Positions 47,177 to 59,059 of a DNA stretch of 64,000 nt are shown here, piece after piece. The position numbers and the translations under genes are program-made. Source of the stretch: Bacteroides sp. GTDB lineage: Bacteria > Bacteroidota > Bacteroidia > Bacteroidales > Muribaculaceae. The DNA lies in the NCBI GenBank assembly GCA_014802345.1, contig JAAVCM010000003.1:6890-70889 (forward strand), in the 5' to 3' direction. Positions within the stretch are counted from its first letter, which is position 1. Each line of letters opens with the position of its first letter. The notes beneath the pieces were generated by a model, which was not told the DNA's origin, searched no databases, and saw only the letters and a program-made list of their open reading frames with translations.

Positions 47177-48487
47177 TTATTTGTAGCGTATCCAGCGGAT
47201 GAGTTCCTTGAAGGTCGGTTTTTTACCGTACATGAAGATGCCGACGCGGTAGATTTTGCCTGCAAGCCATACCATGGCTATGAATCCGGCGGCGAGGAGG
47301 ACGAGCGAGAGGACAATTTCCCACGTCGGTATGCCGAAGGGAATACGGGCTACCATCACCATCGGTGAGGTGAGGGGGAACATCGACATCCAGAACGCCA
47401 CACTGCCCATCGGGTCGGCGGCCGCCACCATTGCGAATATCAGACCGAACACAATCGGGAAGACTGCCAGTGATGTGAGCTGGCTGGCATCCTGAATATT
47501 GTCGACCGACGAACCGACGGCGGCGAAAATCGACGAGTAGAGCAGGAAACCGAAGATAAGGAAGACGGTCATCAGGGCTACGAGCGTGATGATATGACCT
47601 ACGTTGCCGAGCATCCCGACTGCCTGAATGATTTCGATGGACGAGGGGTCGCTGACCTGATCGAAGTGTCCGCTCTGGACGGCGGTGACATCGGCCATTG
47701 CCTCGGCGGGGAGGAGGGCAGGGAGGAGGTAGGCCGACATGACGGCGAGAAGCACGCCCCAGATGACAATCTGGGTGACAGCGACGAGCGCGACACCGAT
47801 AATCTTGCCCATCATAAGCTGTGCGGGCTTGACAGAGGAGACCACGACTTCAAGCACACGGTTGCCTTTTTCCTCGATGATGGAGGTCATCACCATCTGG
47901 CCGTAGATGAGAAGGAACATATACAGTACGAAGGTCATGGCTATGCCGACGGCATAGCTGAACGCGGAGGAATTGCTCTCCTCGCTGTCCTTGTCGGCAC
48001 GGACGGTCGTAAGACTTATGTCGCTCGAAACCTCGTCGAGAATCTCGGTGAGGTTCTCGATGTTGTAGTTTTTCAGGCGGTTGTTTTCGATGATTGAGTT
48101 GACCTGCTCTATGATGCCTGATTCAGTGGTCATTGATGAGGGGCCGTTGGTGTAGTATTTCAGGCCGGAGCGTGAGTTGTCAATTATATTTTCGGGGATG
48201 ACAAGCACCGCATCAATCCCCTCGCGGGTGAGTGCGGAGTCGACAGTGGCATCCGTGGCGGGACGGAATTGAAGCGATTCGGAGCTTTTCAGTTCCGGGA
48301 GGATGACGTTGCTGTTGTCAATCACGGAGACAGTCGTGACGGAAGGACCGACGAAGGTCATTATCAAGGCCGGAAGAGCCATGAGGAGCAACATCAGCAC
48401 CGGCATTAGGATTGTCGTGATGATGAAACTTTTCTTTTTGACGCGCTCCATGTATTCGCGCTCGATGACTATACCTATTTTTGACAT
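47177..48487 (-). CDS. ABC-2 type permease (NatB-like)
   Basis: EEKGNRVLEVVVSSV, GKIIG, PLTSPMVMVARI. Confidence 0.9.
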   Translation of the reverse strand: MSKIGIVIEREYMERVKKKSFIITTILMPVLMLLLMALPALIMTFVGPSVTTVSVIDNSNVILPELKSSESLQFRPATDATVDSALTREGIDAVLVIPENIIDNSRSGLKYYTNGPSSMTTESGIIEQVNSIIENNRLKNYNIENLTEILDEVSSDISLTTVRADKDSEESNSSAFSYAVGIAMTFVLYMFLLIYGQMVMTSIIEEKGNRVLEVVVSSVKPAQLMMGKIIGVALVAVTQIVIWGVLLAVMSAYLLPALLPAEAMADVTAVQSGHFDQVSDPSSIEIIQAVGMLGNVGHIITLVALMTVFLIFGFLLYSSIFAAVGSSVDNIQDASQLTSLAVFPIVFGLIFAMVAAADPMGSVAFWMSMFPLTSPMVMVARIPFGIPTWEIVLSLVLLAAGFIAMVWLAGKIYRVGIFMYGKKPTFKELIRWIRYK

Positions 48488-48512
48488 AGTTGAGATTGTT
48501 TAATTTGTGTGG

Positions 48513-49448
48513 TTAAGCGTTTTCGCGTCCGTCTTCCTTGACGGCACGGATGAAGATGTCGTTCATCGAAGCTATGCTCTCGTTGAGTCCTGCGATGGCC
48601 ACGCTGTCGTTGGCGATGGTGATGGCGTCGCGCAGGCTTGCATCGGCATTGAGATGGAAGTTGAGCCGCTGCCTTCCCTGAGCGTCGGGGTCGAGCATTG
48701 CAAATTCACCTGCTATCGGCTGGAGGTGTTCCATCAGTGAGCGGGCATCGCCGTTGAATGTGAGGTCATAGCGGTTGCCGAAGTAGCGGCGGCGCAGCTC
48801 CTCGACATTTCCGCTGAGGATGTTGCGGCTGTTGTTGATAAGGGTGATATTGTCGCAGATTTCTTCGACGGAGGCCATGTTGTGGGTCGAGAAGATGACT
48901 GTCGAGCCTTCATCCTTGAGCTTGAGGATTTCCTCTTTGAGCAGGGCGGCGTTGATGGGGTCGAAGCCCGAGAAGGGTTCGTCGAAAATCAGGAGCTTCG
49001 GACGGTGGAGGACAGTGATGATGAACTGCACTTTCTGCGCCATACCCTTGGAGAGTTCTTCGACCTTCTTATCCCACCACGAGAGGATGTCGAACTTCTC
49101 GAACCAGCGGCGGAGTTCATGGACGGCATCCTGCTTTGAGAGTCCTTTGAGACGGGCGAAGAACACGGCCTGCTCGCCGACTTTCATTTTCTTGTAGAGG
49201 CCGCGCTCCTCGGGTAGATAGCCGATGTGATGCACGTCGTCCTGCGTGAGCTGGTGGCCGTCGAAAAGCACGCGGCCGCTGTCGGGGGCGGTGATGTGGT
49301 TGATGATGCGTATGAGGGTGGTTTTGCCCGCTCCGTTGGGTCCGAGGAGGCCGTAGACCTGACCTTCGGGGACGTTGAGCGACACGTCGTTGAGCGCGAG
49401 ATGCGACGCGTAGGCTTTGCTGACGTTTTCAACTTGAAGTATGTCCAT
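48513..49448 (-). CDS. ABC transporter ATP-binding protein (NatA-like)
   Basis: GPNGAGKTT, GYLPEERGLY, LSKGMAQK, FDEPFSG. Confidence 0.92.
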   Translation of the reverse strand: MDILQVENVSKAYASHLALNDVSLNVPEGQVYGLLGPNGAGKTTLIRIINHITAPDSGRVLFDGHQLTQDDVHHIGYLPEERGLYKKMKVGEQAVFFARLKGLSKQDAVHELRRWFEKFDILSWWDKKVEELSKGMAQKVQFIITVLHRPKLLIFDEPFSGFDPINAALLKEEILKLKDEGSTVIFSTHNMASVEEICDNITLINNSRNILSGNVEELRRRYFGNRYDLTFNGDARSLMEHLQPIAGEFAMLDPDAQGRQRLNFHLNADASLRDAITIANDSVAIAGLNESIASMNDIFIRAVKEDGRENA

Positions 49449-49527
49449 TGTGTCAGTCGGAAATGTTTTGTGTATGTGATATGATAAATTGATTTATATT
49501 GTGGAGGGAGAGGCGGTTTTATTAGGT

Positions 49528-49591
49528 TAGACGCAAAAATTACGAAAAAGTTGCACCCCGCGGTGAAACTTTTTTAGAAAAAACACGTCTA
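49528..49591. promoter_or_regulatory. Back-to-back ECF promoters: GCAACT-N15-CGTCTA (minus) and GAAACT-N15-CGTCTA (plus)
   Basis: Minus copy 49554-49528; plus copy 49565-49591; AAC/CGT core of ECF promoters. Confidence 0.7.
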
Positions 49592-49676
49592 ATCACATAA
49601 AACCTCAGGAAATTTCCCTCCTCACTCCCTCTGTCAACCCACGAATAACCACCCCCATTCCTCCCGCATACGCTAA

Positions 49677-50174
49677 ATGGCCCTTACTGAAAAAGAATCA
49701 CGCTTCATGGCAGTTGTCAACGACAACCGTCAGTTGCTCTACAAGGTGTGCTATATGTATGCGACTGACCGTGACCATTTTCAGGACCTCTATCAGGAGG
49801 TGCTGGCCAACATCTGGGAAGGGCTTGGTTCGTTCAGGGGCGACGCTGCCCTCTCGACGTGGCTTTACAGGACGGCCATCAATACCTGCGTGACATTCTT
49901 CCGCCGTCACAACCGGCACTCCTCGGAGATGACATCGCTTGACATGGCTGCTGAACTTAGGGCTGACGACGGCACGCGTATGGAGCAGTTGCGCGAGATG
50001 TACCGCCTCATATCGCAACTTTCGAAAATCGACAAGGCCATTATATTAATGTGGCTCGACGAGAGGAGCTATGACGAGATAGCCGAGGTGACGGGATTCA
50101 CGCGCAACAATGTGGCCACTCGCCTGCGGCGGATAAAGCAGAGGCTCATCGACAGCGGAAACCGCGATGAATAG
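49677..50174 (+). CDS. ECF sigma-70 factor
   Basis: DLYQEV, STWLYRTAINT, SYDEIAEVTG...NVATRLRRIK. Confidence 0.92.
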   Translation: MALTEKESRFMAVVNDNRQLLYKVCYMYATDRDHFQDLYQEVLANIWEGLGSFRGDAALSTWLYRTAINTCVTFFRRHNRHSSEMTSLDMAAELRADDGTRMEQLREMYRLISQLSKIDKAIILMWLDERSYDEIAEVTGFTRNNVATRLRRIKQRLIDSGNRDE

Positions 50175-50256
50175 TTGGAAATTATGTCCCGACGGCTCTC
50201 CATCCGTAAAATAAAGCAATTTGAAAACACGACTTTTGAAGAATCATTGAATACAA

Positions 50257-50820
50257 ATGGATATAAACGATCTGAAAAATAGCTGGAATGCGATGAATAT
50301 ACCCCCTGCCTACAAACCTGCCGGGGAGGAAGAGATACTTTCCCGAGTGGAGCGAGGGCGCATCTCGACCCTCCGTGACCGTCTGGGTAACATCAGCCGT
50401 AGCCTTTCGCAGATATGCTTGTTAGGGGTGTTGGTCATGGTGCCATATTTCCATGAATGTCCGTCGCTTGCCATCCTTGCCATAGCCTTTTTTGTATTCA
50501 TGGGAGTTACTCACTTCCGGAATTACCGTCGCGTCAGCCGGCTCAACTTCTCGGAGATGACGGTGAGGGAGGCCATGGAGACTGTCGGAATCATCGAGCG
50601 CAACCGCCTGCGTCTGCGCGCCGTCGGTATGGCTCTGGGAATTCCGCTCGTGCTTTTCATGTGTTTCACCTTTTCGGAGGCCTTCGGTAAATATTATCTT
50701 TACGGCTGCATCGCCGGAGGAGTGGCGGGACTCATCATCGGCCTTTACATCAACCGCAAGGCAGTCGCCATTATCCGCGAGATGCGCGCCCAGCTCAATC
50801 AGGGACAAGACCCGGAATAA
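50257..50820 (+). CDS. Four-TM membrane protein, probable anti-sigma factor
   Basis: DLKNSW N-terminus, four hydrophobic segments, directly downstream of the ECF gene. Confidence 0.65.
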   Translation: MDINDLKNSWNAMNIPPAYKPAGEEEILSRVERGRISTLRDRLGNISRSLSQICLLGVLVMVPYFHECPSLAILAIAFFVFMGVTHFRNYRRVSRLNFSEMTVREAMETVGIIERNRLRLRAVGMALGIPLVLFMCFTFSEAFGKYYLYGCIAGGVAGLIIGLYINRKAVAIIREMRAQLNQGQDPE

Positions 50821-50930
50821 GGGGCTACATCCCGTTTTTTATAAATTTGATACATCCGCCTGACGGTTTTTTGGCGAAAAGTCAGTAAATTTGCAGTGAA
50901 CTCAACCATGTATTCCAACATTTCACTGCA

Positions 50931-51845
50931 ATGAACACCAATAGTCTTGTATCAATAAGCGACATAGGACGCGACGAGATACTTTCGCTGCTCGATATGG
51001 CGCGACGTTTTGAGGAGAATCCCAACCGCCGTCTGCTTGAAGGGAAGGTTGTGGCGACGCTTTTCTTCGAGCCATCTACCCGCACGCGCCTAAGTTTCGA
51101 GACTGCGGTCAACCGTCTCGGAGGCCGTGTAATCGGATTCTCTGACGCGAACACCACAAGTTCGTCGAAAGGGGAGACCCTCAAGGACACCATCAAGATG
51201 GTGAGCAACTATGTTGACCTTATCGTCATGCGCCATTATCTTGAAGGTGCTGCCCGCTATGCTTCGGAAGTCACCGATGTGCCTATCATAAATGCGGGCG
51301 ACGGCGCCAACCAGCATCCATCGCAGACGATGCTTGACCTTTATTCAATCTACAAGACTCAGGGGACGCTTGAGAATCTGACTATCACTCTTGTCGGTGA
51401 CCTGAAATATGGACGCACAGTCCACTCGCTCCTGATGGCGATGCGTCATTTCAACCCGACATTCCGCTTCGTTGCCTGTAAGGAACTGGGGATGCCGGCC
51501 GAATACAAGACTTTCTGCGAGGAGAACGGAATCGCCTACACGGAGCATACCGATTTCTCGCCTGAGGTCATCAACAGCAGTGACATCATCTATATGACCC
51601 GAGTGCAGCGTGAACGCTTTGCCGACATAATGGAGTATGAACGCGTGAAGGACCTCTACAATCTCAACAACGCGATGCTCGGCGGGGCGAAGGAGAATAT
51701 GCGCATCCTTCATCCGCTCCCCCGCGTCAATGAAATCGCTCAGGACGTGGACGACAATCCCCACGCATATTATTTCGAGCAGGCACGCAACGGCCTCTAC
51801 GCACGTCAGGCCATAATCTGCCGCGCCCTCGGCATCGACGCATGA
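50931..51845 (+). CDS. pyrB: Aspartate carbamoyltransferase catalytic subunit
   Basis: [29 protein letters not shown]. Confidence 0.97.
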   Translation: MNTNSLVSISDIGRDEILSLLDMARRFEENPNRRLLEGKVVATLFFEPSTRTRLSFETAVNRLGGRVIGFSDANTTSSSKGETLKDTIKMVSNYVDLIVMRHYLEGAARYASEVTDVPIINAGDGANQHPSQTMLDLYSIYKTQGTLENLTITLVGDLKYGRTVHSLLMAMRHFNPTFRFVACKELGMPAEYKTFCEENGIAYTEHTDFSPEVINSSDIIYMTRVQRERFADIMEYERVKDLYNLNNAMLGGAKENMRILHPLPRVNEIAQDVDDNPHAYYFEQARNGLYARQAIICRALGIDA

Positions 51846-51891
51846 CCGTCAGGATATACTTAAAAACTTTGACACTTAATACTTACTCCGT

Positions 51892-52353
51892 ATGACTGTC
51901 TCAAAACAAGAACTCGCAGTAGCCGCCCTCCGCAACGGCACAGTGATTGATCATATTCCCTCGGCCTCGCTGTTCAAGGCCGTCAAAATCCTCGGTATCG
52001 AAAATCTCACCGGTGCCGTCACCATCGGTAATAACCTCGACAGCAAGAAGCTCGGCAAGAAGGGTATCATAAAGGTAGCCGATGTATTTTTCCCCGAAGC
52101 CACACTCAACCGCATCGCCCTTATAGCTCCCACCGCCGTCGTGAACATCATCCGTGATTACGAGGTGGTCGAGAAGTTCCCGGTCATTCTTCCCGACACT
52201 ATCGTCGGACTCGTCAAGTGCGGCAATCCCAAATGTATCACCAACAATGAACCGATGCGTACGCGCTTCCATGTGATTGACCGCGACGATGTGACAATCA
52301 GTTGCCACTACTGTTCGCAGGCCGTCAAGAGTATGGATGCAAAAATCATCTGA
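51892..52353 (+). CDS. pyrI: Aspartate carbamoyltransferase regulatory subunit
   Basis: [21 protein letters not shown] zinc ligands. Confidence 0.96.
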   Translation: MTVSKQELAVAALRNGTVIDHIPSASLFKAVKILGIENLTGAVTIGNNLDSKKLGKKGIIKVADVFFPEATLNRIALIAPTAVVNIIRDYEVVEKFPVILPDTIVGLVKCGNPKCITNNEPMRTRFHVIDRDDVTISCHYCSQAVKSMDAKII

Positions 52354-52355
52354 GC

Positions 52356-52916
52356 ATGAAGGTGAGTTGGAAACCGGGGACGATGATTTATCCCCTTCCC
52401 GCCGTACTTGTCAGTTGCGGAGACGAGCGACGCAGCAATATTTTCACTGTCGCGTGGACGGGGACAATCTGCACGAATCCACCGATGTGCTACATCTCCG
52501 TGCGCCCGGAGCGATTCTCCTATCAGCTTATAAAGGAGCAGATGGAATTCACCATCAACCTGACGACGGAAGCGATGGCGCGTGCCACCGACTGGGCAGG
52601 AGTCCGCTCGGGACGCGATTATGACAAATGGAAGGAGACAGGTCTGACCCCGGTGAAGGGTGAGAAGGTATCGGCTCCCTGCATCGCCGAGTCGCCGGTG
52701 TGCATCGAGTGCAGGGTAAAGGAAATCATGCGTCTCGGCAGCCACGATATGTTCATCGCCGACGTTGTCAATGTCCTTGCCGAGGATTCGCTCATAGATC
52801 CCGCCACGGGAGCGTTTGACCTCGGTCGCGCCGGACTCATCAATTATTCCCACGGCCACTATTTCGGTCAGGGGGAGGAGAAGGGGCGCTTCGGGTGGAG
52901 CGTCAAGAAAAAATAG
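52356..52916 (+). CDS. Flavin reductase family protein
   Basis: YPLPAVLVSC, AWTG, FTINL, LGSHDMFIADV. Confidence 0.88.
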   Translation: MKVSWKPGTMIYPLPAVLVSCGDERRSNIFTVAWTGTICTNPPMCYISVRPERFSYQLIKEQMEFTINLTTEAMARATDWAGVRSGRDYDKWKETGLTPVKGEKVSAPCIAESPVCIECRVKEIMRLGSHDMFIADVVNVLAEDSLIDPATGAFDLGRAGLINYSHGHYFGQGEEKGRFGWSVKKK

Positions 52917-52949
52917 GAAAAACTTCATCTTATATAACAAATTCAAGGT

Positions 52950-54230
52950 ATGAAAGAAGACAAAGTTATCTTCGACATTATTGAGCGCGAGCATCAGCGC
53001 CAGAAAAAAGGAATCGAGCTTATCGCTTCCGAGAATTTCGTCAGTGATCAGGTGATGCGCGCCATGGGTTCGTGTCTTACCAACAAATATGCCGAAGGCT
53101 ATCCCGGTCACCGTTATTATGGCGGCTGCGAGGTTGTCGACGAGGCTGAAAGCATCGCCATCGAGCGTCTGAAGGAACTTTTCGGCGCAAAGTGGGCCAA
53201 CGTGCAGCCCCATTCGGGTGCTCAGGCAAATATGGCTGTGTTCATGGCCTGTCTGAATCCCGGCGACAAATTCCTCGGTCTTAACCTCAGTCACGGAGGC
53301 CATCTTTCACACGGTAGCCCTGTCAATTTCTCGGGTCTCATGTTCAAGGCTCTTGAATATAATGTGGACCGTGAGACAGGACGCGTTGACTACGAGCAGA
53401 TGGAGGAGGTCGCACGCCGCGAGCGTCCCCGCCTGATTGTCGGCGGTGCAAGTGCATACAGCCGTGAGTGGGACTACGCCCGTATGCGTCGCCTTGCTGA
53501 TGAAATCGGTGCCATCTTCATGGTCGACATGGCTCACCCCGCAGGTCTTATCGCCGCAGGTCTGCTTGACAATCCCGTGAAGTATGCCCACATCGTGACC
53601 TCGACCACCCACAAGACCCTCCGCGGTCCCCGCGGCGGTGTCATCATGATGGGTGAGGATTTCGAAAATCCTTGGGGCAAGACCACTCCCAAGGGTGTCG
53701 TGAAGATGATGTCACAGCTTCTTGACTCAGCAGTGTTCCCCGGTGTGCAGGGTGGTCCGCTCGAACACGTCATCGCTGCCAAGGCTGTCGCGTTCGGTGA
53801 GGCTCTCCAGCCTGAGTTCCGCGACTATCAGCTTCAGGTTCAGAAGAATGCCGGAGTTCTCGCCGGTGCGCTCCTCGACATGGGCTACAATATCGTGTCA
53901 GGCGGTACTGACAACCACTGTATCCTCGTCGACCTCCGCAGCAAGTTCCCTGACCTGACCGGTAAGGTTGCGGAAAAGGCGCTCGTGCAGGCGGACATCA
54001 CCGCCAACAAGAACATGGTGCCTTTCGATTCCCGCAGCCCCTTCCAGACTTCGGGTATCCGTCTCGGAACTCCCGCCATCACCACCCGTGGTGCCAAGGA
54101 GCCGCTTATGCTTGAGATTGCCGAGATGATCGACACCGTCCTCCGCAATCCCGAAAGTGCCGAGAACATCGCTGCCGTGCGTGCAAAGGTCAACGCTACG
54201 ATGCAGCCTTATCCCATGTTCGCTTATTGA
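52950..54230 (+). CDS. glyA: Serine hydroxymethyltransferase
   Basis: [35 protein letters not shown]. Confidence 0.97.
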   Translation: MKEDKVIFDIIEREHQRQKKGIELIASENFVSDQVMRAMGSCLTNKYAEGYPGHRYYGGCEVVDEAESIAIERLKELFGAKWANVQPHSGAQANMAVFMACLNPGDKFLGLNLSHGGHLSHGSPVNFSGLMFKALEYNVDRETGRVDYEQMEEVARRERPRLIVGGASAYSREWDYARMRRLADEIGAIFMVDMAHPAGLIAAGLLDNPVKYAHIVTSTTHKTLRGPRGGVIMMGEDFENPWGKTTPKGVVKMMSQLLDSAVFPGVQGGPLEHVIAAKAVAFGEALQPEFRDYQLQVQKNAGVLAGALLDMGYNIVSGGTDNHCILVDLRSKFPDLTGKVAEKALVQADITANKNMVPFDSRSPFQTSGIRLGTPAITTRGAKEPLMLEIAEMIDTVLRNPESAENIAAVRAKVNATMQPYPMFAY

Positions 54231-54264
54231 TTCTCCGTTCCAGACAGGAGGATGACAGAAACTC

Positions 54265-54314
54265 CGAGGGCCTCCCGGAACGATTTAGTTCCGGAAGGCC
54301 CTCGATATTTTTTT
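54265..54314 (+). terminator. Intrinsic terminator after glyA
   Basis: CGAGGGCCTCCCGGAAC/GTTCCGGAAGGCCCTCG plus T-run. Confidence 0.75.
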
Positions 54315-54348
54315 CTGTCCCAGTCTCAAAGAGGCCGTGAGAGACGGA

Positions 54349-54783
54349 TTATTTCTGCTGATTTTTCAGGAGGTCACGGATTTCAGTGAGGAGAACCTCT
54401 TCCTTAGTCGGCTCGGCAGGTGCGGGAGCGGGTTCAGGCTCGGTATTCTTGCGCTTCATCTGATTGATGGCCTTGATAGCGATGAAGATACAGAAGGCGA
54501 CGATGAGGAAGTCGACGATGGTCTGAATCCATGTACCCCAGTTGAGGGTCACTTCGGGTTTAAGAATTTCCTGAGTGGTGCCATCGATTACCGCTTTCTG
54601 GATTACGAACTTGTAGTCGGTGAAATTCATTCCGCCGGTGGCCACACCGACGAGGGGCATGATGATGTCGTCGACAAGTGACGAGATGATTTTGCCGAAA
54701 GCAGCACCGATTACTACACCGACAGCCATGTCGATGACATTACCACGCATGGCAAATTCCTTAAACTCTTTGATGATTGACAT
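54349..54783 (-). CDS. mscL: Large-conductance mechanosensitive channel
   Basis: [30 protein letters not shown]; ATG 54783. Confidence 0.97.
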   Translation of the reverse strand: MSIIKEFKEFAMRGNVIDMAVGVVIGAAFGKIISSLVDDIIMPLVGVATGGMNFTDYKFVIQKAVIDGTTQEILKPEVTLNWGTWIQTIVDFLIVAFCIFIAIKAINQMKRKNTEPEPAPAPAEPTKEEVLLTEIRDLLKNQQK

Positions 54784-55136
54784 AATGTTGATGTTTTGAT
54801 GTTGTATTATAAAATTTATTGTGTCAACGTGATGGAAACAGGGCATGGGAGAGAACCGGAGTGACGGGCCTGATTTGTTCCGTAACGGAGATATAACAAT
54901 CGAAAACCGTTAAAGGATTACAGGGTATTCAAAAAATGATAAAAAATAACTTATTTCTATCAATCGTAAGGTTCGTTCATCTTTTTTATATAAAATCCGC
55001 CCCAAATAGCCAATATTATTATCTCCAAACCTATCGGAATATCAAAAATTAGTAGTAACTTTGTAGCGGATTTAAGGAGGGCGTCTCCACAGTGGGGCGC
55101 GTGACCGACAGCCCCTTTGGGCGGCAGCCTCTCTAA

Positions 55137-56210
<1,074 letters not shown>

Positions 56211-56242
56211 TCCAATCCCGTAAGACTTATTCAATAAATATT

Positions 56243-56282
56243 GCCGTCCCTGCCGTTCTACCGGCGGGGACGGTCTTTTTTT
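56243..56282 (+). terminator. Intrinsic terminator after gap
   Basis: GCCGTCCCTGCCG/CGGCGGGGACGGT plus T-run. Confidence 0.8.
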
Positions 56283-56372
56283 ATACCTCACATTTTTATA
56301 CCCCATAGTTGACTACTTCAACCTTTATGTATTACTGCGCTTTATGGACTCCTCGTCTGACGCCGGTTCCAT

Positions 56373-57758
56373 TCAATGTGCCGGGTCGTAGGGATGATTG
56401 ATTACTTTTCTGACCTGTTTTCGGAGGAGGATGAGGGTGAGCATGGTGGGGAAGGCCATGAGTGCATAGAAAAGATCGCAGAACCCGATGGCAACACCTA
56501 ATGGCATGACGGCGAAAATGACGAGGGTAGCGATGAAAAACCAAGTATAGAACTTTGCTTTTCCCTCACCGAAAAGATAGGCGGCACAACGGTTGCCATA
56601 GAAACTGTAACTGAACATCGACGACAGCGAAAAGCACAGCACTATCACCATCAGCAGATACTCACCCATAGGGATGGCATTGCCGAATGCCTTCATTGCC
56701 ACATCAAGTCCCTTTATTCCGTCGACTGCCTGAAAGTCGGCACACAAAAGTAGCGCCACAGCCGTCAGGGTGCAGACCAGACCGGAGTCAATAGCGGGTC
56801 CGAGCATGGCTATCAGCCCTTCGCGCACAGGGGAATTGTTGGCGGATGCTCCGTGCATGATGGTGGCGGTTCCGACACCTGCATCATTGACAAGGGCTGC
56901 GCGCCGTGCGCCGATTATGGCGATTCCGACTAGTGCGCCCCAGCCGGCACGCAGATTGAAGGCTTCCGCAAAAATTGAGCGGAATACGCCGGGAACCTCG
57001 CTGATATGTGTCACGATTATGTAGGCAACACTGATGAAATACAGTCCTACCATGAAAGGTACAAGCCATTGGGCTACCCGGGCTATGCGGCGTATGCCTC
57101 CGATGACGACCAGAGTGACGGTCAACGCTATGCCGATGCCGACGAGCAGACGGAAAGCTGATTCATGGCTCCATCCGAGCGAGGTTGCGATGCCGTTTAT
57201 CGTGTGATTCCCCCTGAGCCATTCCGGAGTAGTGAACGCACTCACCATTGCTTCCGTGAGCTGGTTGGCATTCATGATGCAGAGAGTTCCGAGCATACCG
57301 GCTACGGCAAAAGTGATGGCAAGCCAGTGCCAGCGTCGGCCGAGACCATTGTCGATGATATACATCGTGCCTCCGTCGCTCCTTCCGTCAGGGAGGGTAC
57401 GCTTGTGAATGGTTGTAAGCACTCCTTCGTGAAATTTGGTCGACATTCCGACCAATGCGCTTACCCACATCCAGAATATGGCTCCCGGTCCACCCATGAC
57501 GAGCGCGATTGCCACACCTGCGATGTTTCCCATACCGACAGTCGCCGCGACAACCGACATGAGTGCCTGAACGGATGAAATCTGGCTGCCGGAATCGCGT
57601 GACTGTTTACTGCGGAGTTCATGGAGAGCCATAGGTAGAAGGCGCAATGAGACCATCCCCGAGTAGAAAAACAGAAAGAAGCCTCCACCTATCAGGAGGA
57701 TAAAGAGGGGATAGCCGCAGAGAAAGTCTGCAAGGCCGGTGATGAAACCGCCTACCAT
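56373..57758 (-). CDS. Alanine/glycine:cation symporter (AGCS family)
   Basis: ATVGMGNIAGVAIA, GGPGAIFWMW, GGIRRIA. Confidence 0.9.
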   Translation of the reverse strand: MVGGFITGLADFLCGYPLFILLIGGGFFLFFYSGMVSLRLLPMALHELRSKQSRDSGSQISSVQALMSVVAATVGMGNIAGVAIALVMGGPGAIFWMWVSALVGMSTKFHEGVLTTIHKRTLPDGRSDGGTMYIIDNGLGRRWHWLAITFAVAGMLGTLCIMNANQLTEAMVSAFTTPEWLRGNHTINGIATSLGWSHESAFRLLVGIGIALTVTLVVIGGIRRIARVAQWLVPFMVGLYFISVAYIIVTHISEVPGVFRSIFAEAFNLRAGWGALVGIAIIGARRAALVNDAGVGTATIMHGASANNSPVREGLIAMLGPAIDSGLVCTLTAVALLLCADFQAVDGIKGLDVAMKAFGNAIPMGEYLLMVIVLCFSLSSMFSYSFYGNRCAAYLFGEGKAKFYTWFFIATLVIFAVMPLGVAIGFCDLFYALMAFPTMLTLILLRKQVRKVINHPYDPAH

Positions 57759-59044
57759 CTTCCTCCGGCACCTCCACCGCCTGTCATACCGCCTCCAAAT
57801 GAACCTCCGGAGAATCCGCCACCACCTCCGCCACGGCCTCCGAGGGCACTACCGAGGATGGCACCGGCAGCCGCGGCTGCTGCCGGATCGGGTTTGCGTG
57901 GAATACGGAAATTGCGGTTGTGCTGATTGCCGCAGTTCTTGCACATATAGATGTCGACCCCTTCGCCTTCGGAATGAACGGTCGGCTGTCGGAGTGTACG
58001 GCGGTCGACGAGCGACATCGCCCTTGCCCCGCAGCGGTCACAGACGGTGTAGTTGGTCTGCCGGTTGATATAGGGGAGGATTTCGGTCTGATGACATTTC
58101 GGGCAGTGCCACACGTCGTAGTCAATCGAATTTATGCGCTCCTCCGTGTCCTGTGCCGGGGTGAGATAGTCGTTGTCATGCTCCTCGTCGATAAGCTCCA
58201 TGTCAGTGCCGCAATGAGGACAGGCACGCTTGTGGCGACGCACCTTTTTCATCTTCCACGCGAGAATCAGGAAGGCGGGAAGTCCGAAACCGAGCGAAAG
58301 GAAGGCGGCAAAGAGTACAAGGGTACGGTATTGGTCAAGAGCTCGGTAGCGTTGAACGTCGTCGAGCTTCTTTGTCGAGGATATTGCGTAGATGACAAGC
58401 AGCAACATTCCTGCTCCGACAGCAGCGGCGAACCCGAGGAACATATTGAAAAGCTCGGTTCCCGAGATGTCATCCTCATTATTACGGCGCGAATCGTTAG
58501 CGTATTTTGATTTCAGTTCGTCGGCCACCGCAGGGTCGCTGAGGGCATTGATGACGGTTGTTACACCTGCGATTGTACCCCCATCATAGTTACCTTCCCG
58601 GTAGAGGGGGAACATCTCGTTGCGGATGATGCGTCCGGCGACAATGTCGGGCAATGCGCCCTCCACTCCGTAGCCTGTGCGGATGATTGCAGCATGGTCG
58701 TCGCGCGACAGAAGGACAAGCACGCCGTTGTCTTTGTCCTTCTTGCCGATTTTCCATTTCTCGAACAGTTTTGTGGCAAATTCCTCGGGGGTCATCGAGG
58801 AATCCACCTCGTCGACTGCAACCACCACGAGTTCGGCTGATGTGTTGGCCCACAGTGAGGCAATCTGAGAGTTGAGCTGTCTGACTGCCGAGGAGGAGAG
58901 GACACCTGACGGATTCGAGACATATTGCGTGCGGTCGGCGACATGGACATTAGGCACCTCGTCGACAGTTATGGCGACGGCGGGGAAGATTGCGAGGACC
59001 AGCAGAGTTATCAGGAGGTGGAAGCGAGTTAAAGTGATGTTCAT
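57752..59044 (-). CDS. TPM-domain membrane protein with zinc-ribbon cytoplasmic region and Gly-rich tail
   Basis: FEKWKIGKKDKDNGVL, TGYGVEGALPD; CPHC, CPKC, CDRC, CKNC; FSGGSFGGGMTGGGGAGGRW. Confidence 0.85.
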   Translation of the reverse strand: MNITLTRFHLLITLLVLAIFPAVAITVDEVPNVHVADRTQYVSNPSGVLSSSAVRQLNSQIASLWANTSAELVVVAVDEVDSSMTPEEFATKLFEKWKIGKKDKDNGVLVLLSRDDHAAIIRTGYGVEGALPDIVAGRIIRNEMFPLYREGNYDGGTIAGVTTVINALSDPAVADELKSKYANDSRRNNEDDISGTELFNMFLGFAAAVGAGMLLLVIYAISSTKKLDDVQRYRALDQYRTLVLFAAFLSLGFGLPAFLILAWKMKKVRRHKRACPHCGTDMELIDEEHDNDYLTPAQDTEERINSIDYDVWHCPKCHQTEILPYINRQTNYTVCDRCGARAMSLVDRRTLRQPTVHSEGEGVDIYMCKNCGNQHNRNFRIPRKPDPAAAAAAGAILGSALGGRGGGGGGFSGGSFGGGMTGGGGAGGRW

Positions 59045-59059
59045 CGTTAAGTTTCGGGG

